NCBI GenBank assembly: GCA_033764955.1
Contig: JANRIL010000031.1
Coordinates: 1-64,000 of the forward strand
Direction of reading: 5' to 3'
DNA from: Cyanobacteriota bacterium
GTDB taxonomy: Bacteria; Cyanobacteriota; Cyanobacteriia; Thermostichales; Thermostichaceae
DNA length: 64,000 bases
Notes under the pieces: generated by a model
Database searches by the model: none
What the model saw: the letters and a program-made list of their open reading frames with translations, nothing else
What the model was told of the DNA's origin: nothing
Position numbers and translations under genes: made by a program
Shown here: positions 20,955 through 30,038 of the stretch, piece by piece
Layout: every line of letters begins with the position of its first letter
Numbering within the stretch: the first letter of the stretch is position 1

Positions 20955-21956
20955 TTAAGATGGAATCAACTGGCTGTATTCCTGAATAGGAACTGTTACT
21001 TCCTTGATATCAATGGCTTTGGGAATGATTTTGAGCTGATAGAAGATGTCTGCCACTTCTTGTTGAGCTGCAACAACTACCTCATTAATTGGTAATAAGC
21101 CCCAATTGCGTCGTTGATTAGCTATTTCTAGAATAGCTGGATCAATCTTCAGATCTTTGGCAAAGATCTCAGCAATTTGACGAGTGTTTTGCTGTCCCCA
21201 AACCTCATTGACTTTCGCTTCTTGAAGGATAGTTTTTACTACTTCAGGAAATTGTCTGACAAAAGTTTGAGAGGCCAGGAAGAAAGCCCGCCTTTCTCGT
21301 CCTTGCTTGAGGTTTCGCACTGTATTTGTCCCCTCAATTACCGCTAAAAAAGGATCCCAAATTGACCAAGCATCGACATTCCTTTGCTCAAATGCTGATC
21401 TAGCATCAGCAGGAGAGAGAGAGACAATCTCTACTTCATCAATGGGGATATTTTGCTCTTGCAAAACCGCGATGAGGAGATAGTGGGCACTGGATCCCTT
21501 TTGTAGGGCAACCTTTTTCCCTTTCAAATCGGCAACGGTTTGAATCGGTGAATCTTTAGGAACCACAATATCTTGGGTAAGGGCACCACGGGGGGTAGAA
21601 GCAAGATAGTAGAACTGGGTTCCGGCTGCTTGGGCAAAGATAGGAGGAGTTTCTCCAACCCCGCCAAAATCAAGGCTACCCGCATTGAGCGCTTCCAACA
21701 TGGGTGGCCCAGACTGAAAGAATACCCATTCAACACTCCACCCCTGCTCCCCGATACGTTTCTCCAGCTCTCCCCGAAAACGCAAGAGGTCAAGCTCACT
21801 AAATCGCTGATAGCCAATTTTCTCCACTTCATTATTCGACCGTTGAGTCTGGGCATGAACATTTTGATTGACGAGGCGAGAACTGAAAGCTAGGGTTGCT
21901 GCCACCCCCAGCCCCAAGCCACGCAAAATTTCTCGCCGCTGATAAACATTCATCAT
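20955..21956 (-). CDS. ssuA: Second sulfonate ABC transporter substrate-binding protein
   Basis: FQSGPPMLEAL, GETPPIFAQAAG, DAWSIWDPF; AAGGAGG RBS before ATG 21956. Confidence 0.88.
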   Translation of the reverse strand: MMNVYQRREILRGLGLGVAATLAFSSRLVNQNVHAQTQRSNNEVEKIGYQRFSELDLLRFRGELEKRIGEQGWSVEWVFFQSGPPMLEALNAGSLDFGGVGETPPIFAQAAGTQFYYLASTPRGALTQDIVVPKDSPIQTVADLKGKKVALQKGSSAHYLLIAVLQEQNIPIDEVEIVSLSPADARSAFEQRNVDAWSIWDPFLAVIEGTNTVRNLKQGRERRAFFLASQTFVRQFPEVVKTILQEAKVNEVWGQQNTRQIAEIFAKDLKIDPAILEIANQRRNWGLLPINEVVVAAQQEVADIFYQLKIIPKAIDIKEVTVPIQEYSQLIPS

Positions 21957-22065
21957 GAGTTGTTCCTCCTTATGAAGAAAATGAATGACTTCAATGGGAT
22001 GGAACCCCTCAGGGTGAGGCCCAACTGCCCTTATCTCAGCAATCCTAAACACCATCCTACAAATC

Positions 22066-22091
22066 TACGGCAAACACATCGGAATACCGTT
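22066..22091. promoter_or_regulatory. Imperfect palindrome upstream of the ssu operon (candidate operator)
   Basis: TACGGCAAACACATCGGAATACCGTT; ACGG/CCGT arms with further symmetric positions. Confidence 0.4.
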
Positions 22092-22180
22092 GTTAGTTCT
22101 CGTATCGTACTATGCTTTTTCTGGAAATGCAAGACAAATGAAATTCAAATGTGTTTGATTCGTGTTTTATGACAGATTTT

Positions 22181-23614
22181 CTAGGATCGTAGCGAGAGGA
22201 TAGGGTTAGCCGAACGCTCCAGAAGGGTTTGAGCCAACTGTTCTGCTTGCAGCCGGATTTCAGCAATCGCTGTGGTTTCCCAAAGATTGCCTTTGCGGGG
22301 TGGGCCGAGGGTAAACAGCCAATCGGCAGGGATCCCTGCTTGGTTTAACAACGCCCCATCCTTGGCGGTATCCAGACCTAGTTCCAGAGGATCGGGGCGA
22401 ATTAGCCCTTGTTCTTGCAGATTGATAATCAGTGGATGGGACAGCTTGCGATAGCTGCACTGGGATCCCGTGCAGTTGATCACCCGTGCCACCCGCAGGT
22501 AATCAGCTTCTTGAGTTTGGCGGCGACGGATCCACACGCTCACTCCTTCAGTATCGTCAGCAATGGCTGTGATCCGCCCTGCATAGAGGCGTAGGGATCC
22601 CGCCTTGATTTCTTGCTGAATCTGCTCGGCTACAGGGGGGGCTGTGCGATGGCGATGAATTTCCCAATAGGGACGGACATGCCGGAGAAAGCGTTTTTGC
22701 TCAGTTATTGACCATGACTGCCAGAGGGCTTGTAAATGGGGGCGTAAGCTATCGAGCACCACGCGCCAATCCTGTCCCAGACTGGCGGCTACTTTGACCT
22801 GCCAACGCACTCGCCGCATCACCTGACGCACCGTTAGAGGAAGTTCGGTGAGAGGATCCAAAGGAGTGTAAGTCGCCTGCTTAGAGGGAATACCTAGGCT
22901 GGAGAATCGATGAACCAGCGGCAAGCGCCCTCGCCGAGATACGACTTCAATCAGACCCCGATGCCCCTGTGCCCGTAGTGCCAACACTTGGTCGATCATG
23001 GTTAGCCCTGAACCGATTAACAGCACAGTGGCTTCCGGCTCCAGGTTGGAGAGAGCCGCCGGATCCCAAGCGTAGTGGCGATAACGCTGGCTGTTGAGAA
23101 AAAAGGGATCCCCGGTTACCGGATCCCCTGGCGGAAAATGCCCCAAGGCCAAAACCACTTGATCCAGTAGCAATCGATCTCCACTATCCAACTGCAACAT
23201 GGCTGTGGATCCCCAGCCTTTACCGGAGAGCGCCACTGCTTCCGCCTGCCAAACCCGAAGGGTCACCTCTGGGCTGGCTTGCTCAATAGCCTTCTGCAAA
23301 ACGGATTGGAGATATTGCCCATAAAGCTGGCGAGGCAGGAAGTGATAGGGATCCCCTCCCATCAGCTTCCCGTCCGGCAAGGTTTGTAAGAACTGTAAAA
23401 AATCCATTGGTTGATCGGCAAAAGCACTGGCGGATCCAGCCGGAATATTGAGTAAATGCGCCGATGTGGAGGTACGGTAGGCAACTCCACGCCCAATCGG
23501 GGGATGGCGCTCAATCAAATGGATAGTCAGGGGATGGCTGGCTTTTCGTAAAAGGTGGACGACAACCAAGGTGCCACTCAACCCACCCCCGATCACGCCA
23601 ATTTGCTGCCTCAT
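22181..23614 (-). CDS. FAD/NAD(P)-binding protein (YdhS-like)
   Basis: IGGGLSG, GRGVAY..HLLN, IGSGLTMID, HRHR, INCTG, WETTAIAEIR. Confidence 0.85.
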   Translation of the reverse strand: MRQQIGVIGGGLSGTLVVVHLLRKASHPLTIHLIERHPPIGRGVAYRTSTSAHLLNIPAGSASAFADQPMDFLQFLQTLPDGKLMGGDPYHFLPRQLYGQYLQSVLQKAIEQASPEVTLRVWQAEAVALSGKGWGSTAMLQLDSGDRLLLDQVVLALGHFPPGDPVTGDPFFLNSQRYRHYAWDPAALSNLEPEATVLLIGSGLTMIDQVLALRAQGHRGLIEVVSRRGRLPLVHRFSSLGIPSKQATYTPLDPLTELPLTVRQVMRRVRWQVKVAASLGQDWRVVLDSLRPHLQALWQSWSITEQKRFLRHVRPYWEIHRHRTAPPVAEQIQQEIKAGSLRLYAGRITAIADDTEGVSVWIRRRQTQEADYLRVARVINCTGSQCSYRKLSHPLIINLQEQGLIRPDPLELGLDTAKDGALLNQAGIPADWLFTLGPPRKGNLWETTAIAEIRLQAEQLAQTLLERSANPILSLRS

Positions 23615-23765
23615 TTTTGATTCCAGATTATTTGCAAGTGCATTCTAATTCACTTAAATTTCGCATGCCATGATCACGATCCCTACTGCCACAGTTGGGG
23701 GATGTCCGTTCTGTGGATAGGCATTCACAGATGATGAAAAGGGGGGGGCTCCTGGGATCCCGACC

Positions 23766-24065
23766 TTAAAACTCCATGTCTTCCTCTGCCTGAGCCGGAT
23801 CAATCGGCTGCTGTAGGGTGGGAGGTTGGGAGGCAGATTCAGGCTGCCCCGTCAGGGTTTCAATGATCAAGTCCACCTGAGCTTGTTTGGCATGCAGAAA
23901 CGCTTCACAGTCTCGCAGAGTCTGGCTAGCCCGTTCAAATTGGCTGACAACTTCACCCAAATCCAGCGCTCCCGATTCAATCTGGGTGATAATCCCTTCG
24001 ACTTCTTGGATGGCGGTTTCATAATGCCAAGGAGTCGGGATTGGGGATGAATTCCTTTTCGGCAT
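23766..24065 (-). CDS. xseB: Exodeoxyribonuclease VII small subunit
   Basis: YETAIQEVEGIITQIESGALDL..FE; overlaps xseA end. Confidence 0.9.
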   Translation of the reverse strand: MPKRNSSPIPTPWHYETAIQEVEGIITQIESGALDLGEVVSQFERASQTLRDCEAFLHAKQAQVDLIIETLTGQPESASQPPTLQQPIDPAQAEEDMEF

Positions 24066-25326
24066 GGGCTTCGACTCTTACCCTAAGATGGCCTGATGCT
24101 AGTTCTATCACTAGCGGGGTGCCTGCTGGCAACTGGTTACTGCGAATCCAGACTCCAGTTTCGCCGCGCACAAGGGCATAGCCACGCTGGAGAACAGCCT
24201 GCGGATCGAGAGCCAGAAGCTGCTGTCGGAGTGCCTGTTGCTGAGAGTGGGCTTGCTGCAAACGCTGATGGACTAGCTGTCGGAGGCGATGTATCCGCTC
24301 AGTTTGTTGCTGCTGGTGTTGCTGGAGGTGCTGATCCAGAGGCCAGCGCTCAAGGCGTTGTCGGAGGGTTTGGATGTGAAGATGCGCCAACTGCAATTGA
24401 TACTGAGTCTGCTGGTGCAGGTGTTGGTGCAGACGGGTGCATTGTTGATGCAGTTGCTCAAGACTGGGCACAACCCGCTCAGCCGCCGCCGTCGGGGTGT
24501 GGGCGGCACAATCGGCGGCTAAGTCAGCTAACGTTTCATCTCGCTCATGACCGATACCTGTGAGCACTGGGATCCGACATTGGTTAATTGACCTTACCAA
24601 CCGCTCATCATTAAAGCACCACAAATCCTCCGCTGCGCCCCCCCCCCTCGCCACAATCACTACCTCAGCGCGTCCGTCCTGCTCGACGGTTTGGATGGCT
24701 TGGATCAAGCTGGCTGCCGCCTGTTCACCCTGCACCACAGCCGCCACTAATAAAACCCACAATCCGGGATAGCGGCGGCGCAAGGTCTTTTGGATATCTC
24801 CCCAAGCGGCAGATTGTGGGGACGTAACCACAGCAATGCAGCTAGGATGTCGAGGCAGTGGCCTTTTCAGGTGAGGATCAAACAATCCTTCGGCCTCAAG
24901 ACGAGCTTTCATCTGTTGGTAGCGCAAAGCCAGCAGCCCCTCACCCGCCGGCAGCAGATCCCAGATTTGCAGTTGATAAGTGCTACCTTTGGCGTAGGTG
25001 CGAATTTGTCCCAAGGCCATCACCTGTTGACCCACCTTGGGCAAAAACGTTAGGCGAGCCATCTGATTCTGCCAAGCGACTGCTTTCAGGGCATCCCCGG
25101 TTTCGGCATCGGTTAGGGTCAAAAATAGATGGCGTTGTTGGGAACAACTAGACACTTCTCCCGTCACCCATAGCTTGAGTAAATGGGGATCCTCCTGCAA
25201 AAGCGCTTGAATGTATTGAGCCACCCCGGCCACCGACAGCACCGGGATGCCGGCGGTCAGATCAGCCAGTTGCCGTGCGTTAACCGTAGCGGGGGACAAC
25301 CCGATAGAATAGATAGGCTCTGGCAT
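24019..25326 (-). CDS. xseA: Exodeoxyribonuclease VII large subunit
   Basis: WVTGEVS, VARGGG, GIGHERD, TPTAAAE, LQRGYA. Confidence 0.95.
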   Translation of the reverse strand: MPEPIYSIGLSPATVNARQLADLTAGIPVLSVAGVAQYIQALLQEDPHLLKLWVTGEVSSCSQQRHLFLTLTDAETGDALKAVAWQNQMARLTFLPKVGQQVMALGQIRTYAKGSTYQLQIWDLLPAGEGLLALRYQQMKARLEAEGLFDPHLKRPLPRHPSCIAVVTSPQSAAWGDIQKTLRRRYPGLWVLLVAAVVQGEQAAASLIQAIQTVEQDGRAEVVIVARGGGAAEDLWCFNDERLVRSINQCRIPVLTGIGHERDETLADLAADCAAHTPTAAAERVVPSLEQLHQQCTRLHQHLHQQTQYQLQLAHLHIQTLRQRLERWPLDQHLQQHQQQQTERIHRLRQLVHQRLQQAHSQQQALRQQLLALDPQAVLQRGYALVRGETGVWIRSNQLPAGTPLVIELASGHLRVRVEAHAEKEFIPNPDSLAL

Positions 25327-25333
25327 GAAACGA

Positions 25334-26473
25334 CTATTTCACCTTTTGGGCAATCCATTCGGCCAACTCCCCTGGGGTCATAGCTCCCACATGAGCACCC
25401 AGCGCCACTAATTTTCCGGCTAACTCATGGTTATAAACCGGATCGGCCTGTTGATCGAGAGCTGCTAACCCCAGCAAGGTCACTCCACTTTCTAAGAGCT
25501 GTTTGGCTACCGATAACAGCCGTTGTTCCGGCGCACCTTCAAAGAAATCGCTGATCAGCACGATAATCGTTTGGCGAGGATTGATCACCAAAGACGCGGC
25601 ATAGGCTAAGGCTTGTCCGATATCTGTCCCTCCGCCCAACTGCACCTTCATCAAGGTCTCCACCGGATCGGTGCAATCTTGGGTCACATCCACCACCGAC
25701 GTGTCAAATAAAATTAGGTGGGTTTTCAGGGTTTTGATGCCAAAAAAGATGGCCGCTGTTACCGCCGCATGAATCACGTTGTCCAACATACTACCCGACT
25801 CGTCCACCACCACAATAATTTGCCAACGATCCACCAAACGGCGACTACGGGAATGAAAATAGGGGGTCTGAATAAAAAGTTGGCGAGACTGAGGATCGTA
25901 ATGTTTGAGGTTGCGTTTGATAGTCGTCAAGGGGTCAAAATTTTTGGCGACTTTAAGCAGGGAGCGCTTCTGTTGGTTGACGGATCCTAAAAAGGGAGAC
26001 TGTACCCGACGGGCCAGTTTTTCCATCAACTCGTCAATGACTTTTTTTACCAGTTGACGAGCCATCGCCAGCACCGATTGATTCATCAAATGCTTCGTTC
26101 GCAAAACCGCTTTCAAAAGTGTGGGGCTGGGTTGAGCCCGACTCAACAGGTCAGGGTTGGTAACCATTTCCTCCAGGTTGTATCGCTCTAGAGCGTCTTT
26201 TTCTAGGCGCTCGATCGTTTTTTTGGGAAACAATTCATGCACGCCATTGATCCAATCGGGAACGGTCAACTGGGAGGGATCCAACGAGCCGTGCTGTCCT
26301 CCACCGGGGCGCACATTCTGGGATCCCCCATATTCCCGATCATAAAGAAAGGCCAATAGCTGATCCTGGCGCAACGTTTCCCCCTCCAGTCCACAGCCGA
26401 GGACTTGCTCGGCATTTTGTCCCAACACTAAACGCCAACGGATTAAGCGAGGATGGGGGGGTTGCTGGCTCAT
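25334..26473 (-). CDS. VWA domain protein (YehP-like)
   Basis: RWRLVLG N-terminus, MIDAS DESGSM, VQLGGGTDI, ISDFFEG. Confidence 0.85.
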   Translation of the reverse strand: MSQQPPHPRLIRWRLVLGQNAEQVLGCGLEGETLRQDQLLAFLYDREYGGSQNVRPGGGQHGSLDPSQLTVPDWINGVHELFPKKTIERLEKDALERYNLEEMVTNPDLLSRAQPSPTLLKAVLRTKHLMNQSVLAMARQLVKKVIDELMEKLARRVQSPFLGSVNQQKRSLLKVAKNFDPLTTIKRNLKHYDPQSRQLFIQTPYFHSRSRRLVDRWQIIVVVDESGSMLDNVIHAAVTAAIFFGIKTLKTHLILFDTSVVDVTQDCTDPVETLMKVQLGGGTDIGQALAYAASLVINPRQTIIVLISDFFEGAPEQRLLSVAKQLLESGVTLLGLAALDQQADPVYNHELAGKLVALGAHVGAMTPGELAEWIAQKVK

Positions 26474-26509
26474 AATCAACGATCGATCCTAGGCAGACGA
26501 ATGGAGCCA

Positions 26510-27184
26510 TTAAGACACAGGTAATTCTGTGAGAAGTTTGTTGAGAATTTCGGCATGGCTTAGTCCGGCGTCCACCCAGGCTTCTCCTTCCTTGAGGCGG
26601 GTTTGGGTGGTGATGACAAACAAATTCTCGTTGGCTCCTAACACCTCACTACTGGTTTGGATACAAGCTAACTCTCGTCCTGTCAACTGGCTAAACCAAG
26701 TCGCCAACAGTCCTGCTTCTAAAAATCCCATCGGGCGATTGACGTTGAGGGGGGTAAGAATGTCAAAGGCAGAATTTTGAATGGTGACAATTAGGATCCC
26801 TTGCTCCTTGTGACTCCAATCAATGCTGAGCAGCCCCCAGCCGTGGGTTTTCCAGGCTTGTTGTAGGTTTTGGATAAATAGCCCCATTTCCAGTTGAGCC
26901 AGTGGCTTTTGATAAAAATCACTGAGTTCTCTGGCAAAGCGGCGAAAAAATTCTTTGCCCCACATTTGCCCGCAATGGCGTAAAACTAGGCGGGCAGCCT
27001 GTCCCGTTTCATATTCCAAACCGCTATAAATACCTCGGATCAAAGCGGCAGGCAGAGCCAGCAGCCGTTCCCCATGACGGCTCATCAATAAGCCCGATTC
27101 CAGATCGCTTTGCACATAGATCTGGGGGGCATAATAATTGCCGGGAATAGGGACATTGGGATCAAACAAAGAGGCGCTAGTCAT
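26510..27184 (-). CDS. V4R (4-vinyl reductase) domain protein
   Basis: GNYYAP..Y, ETGQAARLVL.HCG..WG, W.THGWG, EAGLL..WFSQLTG. Confidence 0.85.
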   Translation of the reverse strand: MTSASLFDPNVPIPGNYYAPQIYVQSDLESGLLMSRHGERLLALPAALIRGIYSGLEYETGQAARLVLRHCGQMWGKEFFRRFARELSDFYQKPLAQLEMGLFIQNLQQAWKTHGWGLLSIDWSHKEQGILIVTIQNSAFDILTPLNVNRPMGFLEAGLLATWFSQLTGRELACIQTSSEVLGANENLFVITTQTRLKEGEAWVDAGLSHAEILNKLLTELPVS

Positions 27185-27271
27185 GCGTCAATCCACTCAC
27201 AAAAGCTGGGACAGAGGGAAACAAGTCAGGGATACTAGGGATCCCGTTTGGCTGCCATCAGCACCATGCCA

Positions 27272-27730
27272 TCAGCATAATAGTGCCACCTGAGCCTGAG
27301 TCACATAAGGACGAATCAACTCTAGCTCGCCTGCGGATAGCTGCTGCTTGAGACTTTGTTGCAGGCTACGAAAGGCTTTTTCATAGAGGCTTTGTAGGTT
27401 GTAGAGGCGAACATGCTCCTCCATCCAGTCCACGAGTCGCTCTTTAAGCATCGCCTCATTCTGCAACAACATAGCTAGAGAGGAGTGGCGCAGGATCAGC
27501 ATTAGATCCCGCTGACAAAGCCCCACCACTTGAGGGGGGAGAGGCATCATCTCCTGTTGAAGTTGGGCTAGGACTTGTTTCACCAATACTTCTTCTTGAT
27601 CTCGCAAGGCTCGATAGACATGCAGGCGTTCTGTCCAGCCAGTCACATAGGACTTGAGTTGAGCCAGTTCAGGGGGTTGCAAATATCGACCCTCAGCTTC
27701 AATCAACACTTGCTCAATGGGTTGTGTCAT
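27272..27730 (-). CDS. Phycobiliprotein-like globin-fold protein
   Basis: EAEGRYL...EL..L and CQRDL..ILR motifs; adjacent to V4R gene. Confidence 0.8.
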   Translation of the reverse strand: MTQPIEQVLIEAEGRYLQPPELAQLKSYVTGWTERLHVYRALRDQEEVLVKQVLAQLQQEMMPLPPQVVGLCQRDLMLILRHSSLAMLLQNEAMLKERLVDWMEEHVRLYNLQSLYEKAFRSLQQSLKQQLSAGELELIRPYVTQAQVALLC

Positions 27731-27960
27731 TGACAACCGTGCTCCCTAGTTTGACCCCTGCTCTCTTTATACCGTGAGTCGGCAAGGTTCTTCTAGGCTT
27801 TGCGTTATTTATTCGTATTCATCACCTCACGGTTAGGCTATGTTTATCGATCTTGCCAACTTCATCTCACCCACTCAATCCCAGCAAATCAGCTATCCCA
27901 TCCGTTGATCAACCTGCCCCGATAGCGCAAAGATACAAAAGCAGAACCAAACCAGAGCCT

Positions 27961-29895
27961 ATGCCACTACTCAAGCTGGGGAGTCATCCCTCTCTGTTTC
28001 GCATCGGGATCCCTTTCCTCATGCTAGGGTTTCTGGCAGTGCTGGCTAGCTTGCCGATGATCGAGCAGGGCTATCCTTCCACCCATTCCACCCAATTCAA
28101 CCTGATCTGGGCGTTTCAATATCATCAACAGTTTGTCGGTGGGCAATTCTATCCCCGTTGGCTGGAGTTTTCTAACTTCGGGTTTGGCAACGCTACGTTT
28201 GCTTTTTATCCACCCCTTTGTATGGTGGCGGCGTTGCCCTTTTTGTTGCTGGGCTGGGATGTGCCCACGGCGTTGGTGGGCAGTATGGGGTTAGCTATTT
28301 TCCTGTTGGGCTGGGGGTTGTATGGTTATAGCCGTTGTTTCTTCCCCACCTGGATCGCTTTGGGGATAGGCGGGGTGGGGATGCTCGCTCCCTATTTTTT
28401 GGTGGATATTTATCAACGGGGGGCGATTGGGGAAGTCTGGGCGATGGTGACGCTGCCCTGGATTGGCTGGGCGGGGGAGCGGCTGCGCCGACAGGCTCAA
28501 TCAGCATGGCCGATCTTGGGGTTGGCGCTGGCCTATGGACTGTTGGTGCTTTCCCATTTACCCACGCTACTGATCTTTACGCTGCTGTGGATCCCGTGGC
28601 CCTGGATCGTGGCCTTGCCCGGACAGCGCTGGAGTCTGGTGCTGCGAACCTATGCCGGAATGGCTTTGGCCTTTTGTTGGACGGCGTTTTATCTTTGGCC
28701 TGCCACCCTCGATCAGCGCTGGATTCAAGTAGGATCCGTCAATGCGGATCCCGAATATCAACCGCAAAACCGTCTGATGGTAAAGGGCTTAACCCAATTT
28801 CAGCCGCAATTTACCCAGCACTGGTTCGAGAAACCCCTAGTAAATGTTTGGCTGGTGATGGGGGCGGTGACGCTGCTAGTGGGGGTGGTTTGGGTAATTA
28901 TGGTCTGGTATCAACCGAAGGTGGCGCAGGAGGGCAGCGAAGAAACTCCCCCGCCTCGATCCGACCTGGGGAGAGTAAGTCTTTATTGGTGGCTAGTGGC
29001 GGTAGTGTCGCTGTTGATGATGACGGATCTGCTGAGTTGGATCTATCCCTTATTGACTCCCCTCAAACGCATCCAGTTTTCCTGGCGTTGGATGAGTCTA
29101 ACCAGCGTTGTTGTGCCACTTTTGCTGGGATATGGCCTGCATCAATCCACCTATTGGGTGCGGGGGTGGCGGCGCTTGGGAGCAGGTATTCTAGCCGTAG
29201 CCTGTTTTGGCCTGATGGCCGTCACCGTTACTCAGGGATCCCAAATCCTGGAGAAAGCCTCCTTCAACCCACGGGAGATGCAGATTTTTACGGTGTTGGC
29301 GCAAGCCAAAGCCCGTCTTTATCCGCAGGAACCTCAAGTTCCTCTGAGCGGCAAAGGGGATCCCTTTCTCTACTGGCACTGGATCTTTCCCGATGGCATG
29401 GCCTTTGTGGATGTGCCGGAGTATCGCGCCCGTGGGGTCACTTACCCCATGCCTCCCCAACAACCCACTCCCCTTTTGGCTTGGCAATCCCCCTCCCTCA
29501 ACCCTGATCACCTGCAACTCCAGCAATGGCAATTTGGGATCCGGCGGTTTCAGGCCATCAATCCTTCTCAGGAGAATGCCGTAGCTTTGGTGAGAACCTT
29601 TTATTATCCCGGCTGGTCCGTCCAAATGGATGGGCGGCGGATCCCTACCGAGAAAACCGCTGAGGGGCAACTGCAAGTGACAATTCCCACCGGAGAGCAT
29701 CAGGTCAGGATCACCTATCAAGGCACCTGGGCTGATGGGTTGGGGCGTGCGGTTAGCTTCCTGACGGTTTGGGTTGTTCTGGGGATGATCCTTCGCCCCC
29801 AATGGCTGAGCCGAATCCCTCTTGAAAAAGACAGATTGTCTTCCTTCTGGCAACGTCTGTCTGGGGATCCCCGCCCCCCCACCCCAAAGCCCTAG
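27961..29895 (+). CDS. Multi-pass membrane protein, PTPS-related/YfhO-like GT-C fold
   Basis: YPRW..FSNFGFG..F.FYPP, APY..DIYQRGAIGE, IQFSWRW, FYYPGW; start uncertain. Confidence 0.75.
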   Translation: MPLLKLGSHPSLFRIGIPFLMLGFLAVLASLPMIEQGYPSTHSTQFNLIWAFQYHQQFVGGQFYPRWLEFSNFGFGNATFAFYPPLCMVAALPFLLLGWDVPTALVGSMGLAIFLLGWGLYGYSRCFFPTWIALGIGGVGMLAPYFLVDIYQRGAIGEVWAMVTLPWIGWAGERLRRQAQSAWPILGLALAYGLLVLSHLPTLLIFTLLWIPWPWIVALPGQRWSLVLRTYAGMALAFCWTAFYLWPATLDQRWIQVGSVNADPEYQPQNRLMVKGLTQFQPQFTQHWFEKPLVNVWLVMGAVTLLVGVVWVIMVWYQPKVAQEGSEETPPPRSDLGRVSLYWWLVAVVSLLMMTDLLSWIYPLLTPLKRIQFSWRWMSLTSVVVPLLLGYGLHQSTYWVRGWRRLGAGILAVACFGLMAVTVTQGSQILEKASFNPREMQIFTVLAQAKARLYPQEPQVPLSGKGDPFLYWHWIFPDGMAFVDVPEYRARGVTYPMPPQQPTPLLAWQSPSLNPDHLQLQQWQFGIRRFQAINPSQENAVALVRTFYYPGWSVQMDGRRIPTEKTAEGQLQVTIPTGEHQVRITYQGTWADGLGRAVSFLTVWVVLGMILRPQWLSRIPLEKDRLSSFWQRLSGDPRPPTPKP

Positions 29896-30038
29896 CATCG
29901 GGTTGGATGTGAAAATGGAGGGGGGAAATAAATATAAGTACCGGATTCTCCCCTGGTGCCCTAATTGCTGGTATGACTATTTTGCTGTGGTAGCCAAGCC
30001 TGCTAGCCTGAAAAGCAGGGGTCATGGGGTGAAATGGC

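Noticed and set aside
28335..29507. 390-aa alternative-frame ORF inside the membrane protein gene
   Set aside because: Gly/Ala-rich shadow of a TM-rich gene; no recognisable motifs.
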